A stretch of DNA of 64,000 nucleotides, from the NCBI GenBank assembly GCA_039804105.1, contig JBDRZU010000002.1, forward strand, positions 256,001 through 320,000, given 5' to 3'. Numbering within the stretch: position 1 is the stretch's first letter; each line of letters starts with the position of its first letter. Of the stretch, positions 60,092-64,000 are shown in pieces. Both the position numbers and the translations under genes were made by a program. The notes under the pieces were generated by a model that worked only from the letters and a program-made list of their open reading frames with translations, searched no databases and had not been told where the DNA came from. This DNA is from a candidate division WOR-3 bacterium (GTDB taxonomy: Bacteria > Hydrothermota > 32-111).

Positions 60092-60670
60092 TCACTTTTT
60101 TTTCTTTGTATCAACAGTTTTAACCAATTTGATCACTTTATTTCTAACGACTCCATATTCATCCAACTTAAAGATTACGGAGTCCTGTTCTATTTTCAAA
60201 AGAATACCATTTTTTATCCTCTGTCCCTCATAAAATATGAACCCAAGCCCAGAAGCATCTTTCAGTAAGGCAAGTTTTCCATTCTTTCCTTTTATCATTC
60301 CAAAATACATTGCACTCTCGATATCGATCTGTACTTTTCCATCTCTCTGTTGTTCAAGTATCGAAACGAAAGGATCATTTTTTGTTTTCGTTTTGAAAGT
60401 ATATGTTTCAACAGTAAAAGGAAGTACTGATGTTGTATCGTAAGGCAAAGAATCTGAATTTTGTTCCTCAACACCCGTTGTTGTAACATTCGTATCTGAT
60501 GTTGAAGCAATATTCTCTGCTGTTTTCACATTCTTTTTAGAAGTCAAAGCGTTTGATGATTTTTCAATCGCTGAATTCACAGGATTGCCTCTTGAACAGG
60601 AGAACATGAGAAATATAACCATTACTATTGAAAAAAGAAGGGTTGATTTACTATTTTTTCTTTTTAACAT
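60092..60670 (-). CDS. pilP: PilP-like lipoprotein
   Basis: Lipobox FSC, DPF motif, position between pilO and pilQ. Confidence 0.8.
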   Translation of the reverse strand: MLKRKNSKSTLLFSIVMVIFLMFSCSRGNPVNSAIEKSSNALTSKKNVKTAENIASTSDTNVTTTGVEEQNSDSLPYDTTSVLPFTVETYTFKTKTKNDPFVSILEQQRDGKVQIDIESAMYFGMIKGKNGKLALLKDASGLGFIFYEGQRIKNGILLKIEQDSVIFKLDEYGVVRNKVIKLVKTVDTKKKK

Positions 60671-61244
60671 TTTTACCTTCCTCTGTTTTTGTTTGGGCTC
60701 CTGGACCTTTATAGTAGGTTGATAAGGTTAACACAGTTTGAATCGTATTGAGATTTTCATCAGGATTTTTTAACGGTTTAATCGAAATACTGTTAACCTT
60801 CGTTATCCTTTTTTGGTTTCCCATATCAGTTAAAAACAATCCAAGAGAAGAAAAATTTGAGTTGAGAGTTATCTCCTGATTGATACTTGCGTAGTCGTTT
60901 GTTACAGATACATTCAAAGGTTTTATGTTCATTATTTTAACATTGTTCTTATTTGCATAAACGGTTAAACTGTCAAGAGCATCTTCGAGTAATTGTGAAT
61001 CTGGGAGCATTTTGTTGGCAATTTTCAACTGATTCTCAAGTACTTTCAACCTTTTGGTGTACTCTACCAAACTTGCTGCTACCTTTCTCGCTTCATTCAC
61101 CTGAGTGTTCAGTTTATCATTTTCAGCTTTGAGTTGAGAAATCGTTTTTGAATTTTTTGAATAATCGAATTTCCAGTATAGAAAGAGGATCGCTATCAGA
61201 ACAACCACGGTTATTATAGTTTTTAATAAATTATTTTTTTCCAT
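60651..61244 (-). CDS. pilO: Type IV pilus assembly protein PilO
   Basis: TM segment, coiled coil, LP, F..L..F......RI. Confidence 0.85.
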   Translation of the reverse strand: MEKNNLLKTIITVVVLIAILFLYWKFDYSKNSKTISQLKAENDKLNTQVNEARKVAASLVEYTKRLKVLENQLKIANKMLPDSQLLEDALDSLTVYANKNNVKIMNIKPLNVSVTNDYASINQEITLNSNFSSLGLFLTDMGNQKRITKVNSISIKPLKNPDENLNTIQTVLTLSTYYKGPGAQTKTEEGKNVKKKK

Positions 61245-61253
61245 CTGTCACCC

Positions 61254-61832
61254 CTATTTTTTGTAGGTACAATTTATTTCAAAAGAGATTATGTCGTAGC
61301 CACCCTCTGGTTTGTTAACAATATCTTTTAATATGAAATTATCAAAATATTCTGTTTCTTTTTTCAGATTTGTTAGAAGATCGGTTATCATAAGGTTTGA
61401 AAATGTTTTTCCCTTTAAAATTAACCTTTTATCTTTTACGGTTAACTCTTCGAGCCAAACATATTCTGGGAGAAGTTGGTTTATCTTATCAAGAAGTTGG
61501 GCATAGGCAAACTTTCCGGATATAAGATTTTTTATTGTTTCCATCTTTGCATTTATTTCACTCTCTTTCTGTTTCATCTTTTCAACCTTTGCAACTTCTT
61601 CCTGTAATTTTTTAAGTTCATTCTGTTTTTCAGTTATTTTCTTTTTCAACTGATTTATCTGCCCAACCTGAGAAAAATGTATTATAAAAATAATTATGAA
61701 AAGGAGTACTGCAACACCTATTGAAACAAAGAAACCGAGATTCGTTGGGATCTTTATTCCGATTTTTGGTATCCCACCTTCACTCTTCTTTCGCTTTCTT
61801 TCCTCTTCTGGTAGTAAATTTATCTCTATCAT
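61254..61832 (-). CDS. pilN: Type IV pilus assembly protein PilN
   Basis: IEINLLP, TM segment, coiled coil, LP..VWL. Confidence 0.9.
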   Translation of the reverse strand: MIEINLLPEEERKRKKSEGGIPKIGIKIPTNLGFFVSIGVAVLLFIIIFIIHFSQVGQINQLKKKITEKQNELKKLQEEVAKVEKMKQKESEINAKMETIKNLISGKFAYAQLLDKINQLLPEYVWLEELTVKDKRLILKGKTFSNLMITDLLTNLKKETEYFDNFILKDIVNKPEGGYDIISFEINCTYKK

Positions 61833-61845
61833 CTTTACCTCTCTT

Positions 61846-62874
61846 TTATGGATTTCTTAAACTCAAACCTATTGAAGGAACAAGTAATGGTGATATTTTT
61901 TCAACCTCTTCAAGAGTCAGAAGACCTTCTTTGATTTTTACTTTTCTGAACGGATCAAGTTTTTCAACATTGATTTCAAATCTGTTCTTAAAATAATCAA
62001 GAATTTCGGGCCCATTCGCTCCACCACCAGATATGAAAATTTTGTCAATCTTTTCCCTGTTTGTAAATGGGATAGCCCTTTCAATATGTGTGCATAGTTC
62101 ATCATAGAACGACTCAAGACCCTCTTTAATCTTATCTTCAGAAATCTCGTTTAAAGTTTCTCCTTTAAAAACTTTGTCGAGTTGATCCTTTGTTATTCCG
62201 GGGATCTTTTGTAATAACGACTTTATAGCAGTTGTAACATCCCTTGTAAAAAGATTGTTTGTCCCCTCAATAAAACTCAATATCGTATTTTCATAACCGA
62301 TGTGAACCAGTGTAACTATCTCATTTGGAACTGGATCATAGTTTGCTTCAAAACAATTCTGTATTGTAAACGCTGGTACATCAATAACACATGGATTCAG
62401 TTCCATGTCCTTTATGAGTGTAACGAAGGGATAGAGTATCTCCTTCTTCGCTGCCACAAGCAAAACATCGATTTTTCCCTGTTCTTCAGATGGACCTAAA
62501 ACTTTGTAATCAAGTTGAACATCCTCGATGCTGTATGGAATATTCGTTTCTGCTTCCTGTTTGACCATAATCGAAAGTTCACTATCTTTCATCTGATCCA
62601 TTTTTAATTTTTTAACTATAACGCCTCTTCCGATCAAAGCACATGAAACATCTTTCTCTTTCACATCCCTTGACACCAAAAGATTCTTAACTGTGTCAAC
62701 CAGTTGCAATCTGTCCATAATTTCACCATCAGCGATTGCTATATCCGAAAGTTCTGAGAAACCAAAGTCCTTCAACACAGGTTCACCTGAAGAAAGATCA
62801 ATGATTGAGTATTTTATAAACGAACTTCCAATGTCGAGACCAAGATAAGTTTTTTTTCTTTTTTTAAAAGCCAT
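61846..62874 (-). CDS. pilM: Type IV pilus assembly protein PilM
   Basis: GLDIGS..IK, VLLVAA, SGGG, IGLSLR. Confidence 0.92.
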   Translation of the reverse strand: MAFKKRKKTYLGLDIGSSFIKYSIIDLSSGEPVLKDFGFSELSDIAIADGEIMDRLQLVDTVKNLLVSRDVKEKDVSCALIGRGVIVKKLKMDQMKDSELSIMVKQEAETNIPYSIEDVQLDYKVLGPSEEQGKIDVLLVAAKKEILYPFVTLIKDMELNPCVIDVPAFTIQNCFEANYDPVPNEIVTLVHIGYENTILSFIEGTNNLFTRDVTTAIKSLLQKIPGITKDQLDKVFKGETLNEISEDKIKEGLESFYDELCTHIERAIPFTNREKIDKIFISGGGANGPEILDYFKNRFEINVEKLDPFRKVKIKEGLLTLEEVEKISPLLVPSIGLSLRNP

Positions 62875-62886
62875 AAAACCACCTTT

Positions 62887-63072
62887 TTATCCTTCGATAA
62901 ATTTTTTTATTTCCCTACCTTCAATATACCACTTTTTTCCTATTTTTTTTCCTTTCAGAAGTTTCATCTTTAAATGTTTTCGAACTGTCTGTTCTGTAAC
63001 ATTTAAAATTTCAGCAACCTCTGACACTGTATATAATTTGTTTTCATCTATCTGTGATGGAATGACTGCCAT
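62887..63072 (-). CDS. Small winged-HTH DNA-binding protein (HTH_17; Xis/BldC-like)
   Basis: LYTVSEVAEILNVTEQTVR...L.G.KIG..W.I. Confidence 0.85.
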   Translation of the reverse strand: MAVIPSQIDENKLYTVSEVAEILNVTEQTVRKHLKMKLLKGKKIGKKWYIEGREIKKFIEG

Positions 63073-63102
63073 ATATCCCTCTTTTTGTATTTTTTTGTGT
63101 TT

Positions 63103-63310
63103 TTATACATACTTGTATATATTTATACACATTTTATCCACAATGTCAATAGGTTAAAATCATTTTTAAGATTTTTTTCTAACTGCATATTTGTTCATAA
63201 TTTTAATTTTTAAAATTCATTTTAAAACACCTTTTAATAAAAGATGTGTGAAAAATTCCAAAAAATTTTTTAAAAATCGAAAAAAAATTATTTTTTAAAA
63301 ATGTGGATAA
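63103..63310. promoter_or_regulatory. DnaA-box cluster in an AT-rich divergent intergenic region, overlapping the pil operon promoter
   Basis: TTATCCACA 63134-63142, TTATACACA 63123-63131, TTATACATA 63103-63111, TGTGAAAAA 63247-63255, TGTGGATAA 63302-63310. Minus-strand promoter TTGACA(63149-63144)-N16-TATAAA(63127-63122). Confidence 0.75.
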
Positions 63311-63366
63311 CTTTTTTCTTGATAATTTTTAAATTTTATCTAAAATGTTTAAAAAGGGGTAATTTT

Positions 63367-63819
63367 ATGGAAAAAGAAAAAAAGTATAAAGAGGTAATTG
63401 AAAAAATAAAAAGTATTGATCAAAAAGACAGAAATACAATTCTGAAAAAAACAACAGAAATTCTTCAAGAGAGTTTTGAATATTTTGATTGGGTAGGGTT
63501 TTATCTCGTCAAAGATGGGAAACTCATACTTTCTGAATTTGTTGGTGAACCTACAGTGCATACAAAAATAAACTTTGGTGAAGGAATATGTGGACAGGCA
63601 GCAGAAAGAAAAAAAACTTTCATAGTAAAAGATGTTTCAAAAGAAAAGAATTATCTTTCCTGTTCTCCAAAAGTGAAATCTGAGATCGTTGTTCCAATTT
63701 TTAAAAATCAAGAAATTGTAGGAGAACTTGACATAGATTCACACACTCTAAACGCTTTTGATGAAACCGATAAAATAAATCTTGAGAAGATATGTAAATA
63801 TCTTGAAAAATTTTTTTAA
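63367..63819 (+). CDS. msrC: GAF-domain protein, free methionine-R-sulfoxide reductase-like
   Basis: WVGFY, GEGICG, YLSC, SEIVVP, LDIDS. Confidence 0.8.
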   Translation: MEKEKKYKEVIEKIKSIDQKDRNTILKKTTEILQESFEYFDWVGFYLVKDGKLILSEFVGEPTVHTKINFGEGICGQAAERKKTFIVKDVSKEKNYLSCSPKVKSEIVVPIFKNQEIVGELDIDSHTLNAFDETDKINLEKICKYLEKFF

Positions 63820-64000
63820 TCGATTACGGAATCAAGATAAAAGAATCTATCATCTTTTTTGAACCCAACTATACCATTTTCAAAGTTTAAGATATAGTTA
63901 GAAAGAATAGTTGTATCTTTCTGCTCTAAACTCATAAGAATGTTTATAGTAACAAAGTATGATGAATCATAAACTTTGTTTTTATATTCAAAAGATTTTA
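63816..64000 (-). CDS. C-terminal fragment of an unknown protein running off the window edge
   Basis: Open frame ...KSFEYKNKVYDSSYF...FFYLDSVID* converging on the GAF gene. Confidence 0.55.
   Translation of the reverse strand, partial: KSFEYKNKVYDSSYFVTINILMSLEQKDTTILSNYILNFENGIVGFKKDDRFFYLDSVID

Noticed and set aside
62887..63072. Prophage or ICE excisionase
   Set aside because: There is no integrase, att repeat or phage gene nearby; the gene is coupled to pilM.
63301..63366. Hydrophobic N-terminal extension of the GAF protein
   Set aside because: It overlaps a DnaA box in AT-rich intergenic DNA; ATG 63367 follows AGGGG.
896..63561. Many short ORFs antisense to or out of frame within long genes (e.g. 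35731-36270, 43771-44424, 27009-27377)
   Set aside because: They are shadow frames of well-supported genes, with no recognisable motifs.

Overview
This AT-rich window comes from a diderm, probably anaerobic bacterium. It encodes a TonB receptor, a secretin, class III RNR and butyrate kinase; the gene content would fit an FCB-associated candidate lineage such as WOR-3, but that is only a guess. It is mostly core genome, with no integrase, transposase or CRISPR array seen. From left to right: an NrdR-boxed class III ribonucleotide reductase whose glycyl-radical loop is on a separate 55-aa gene missed by the ORF track; a cobalamin riboswitch controlling a btuB/btuG-like pair; rpsP-khpA-rimM-trmD-rplS-rnhB; tRNA-Val(CAC); an sAC-like adenylate cyclase-STAND-TPR protein; tRNA-Ala(CGC) followed by a + strand metabolic run (pfkA to znuACB); and two long minus-strand runs of tightly coupled genes. 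The second run carries the most unusual module: pilT-like, mglA, a tandem DnaA-like ATPase, DUF4388/TPR, cheR-cheD-cheB, TPR and cheW. No mglB, cheA or chemoreceptor lies in the window, and the module runs straight into pgpA-cinA-thpR-recA-recX. Upstream lie pilMNOPQ, led by a small HTH gene, and an AT-rich divergent intergenic region with a phased DnaA-box array (candidate oriC or DnaA-controlled pilus promoter). All family calls are motif recognition by eye; no database searches were run.
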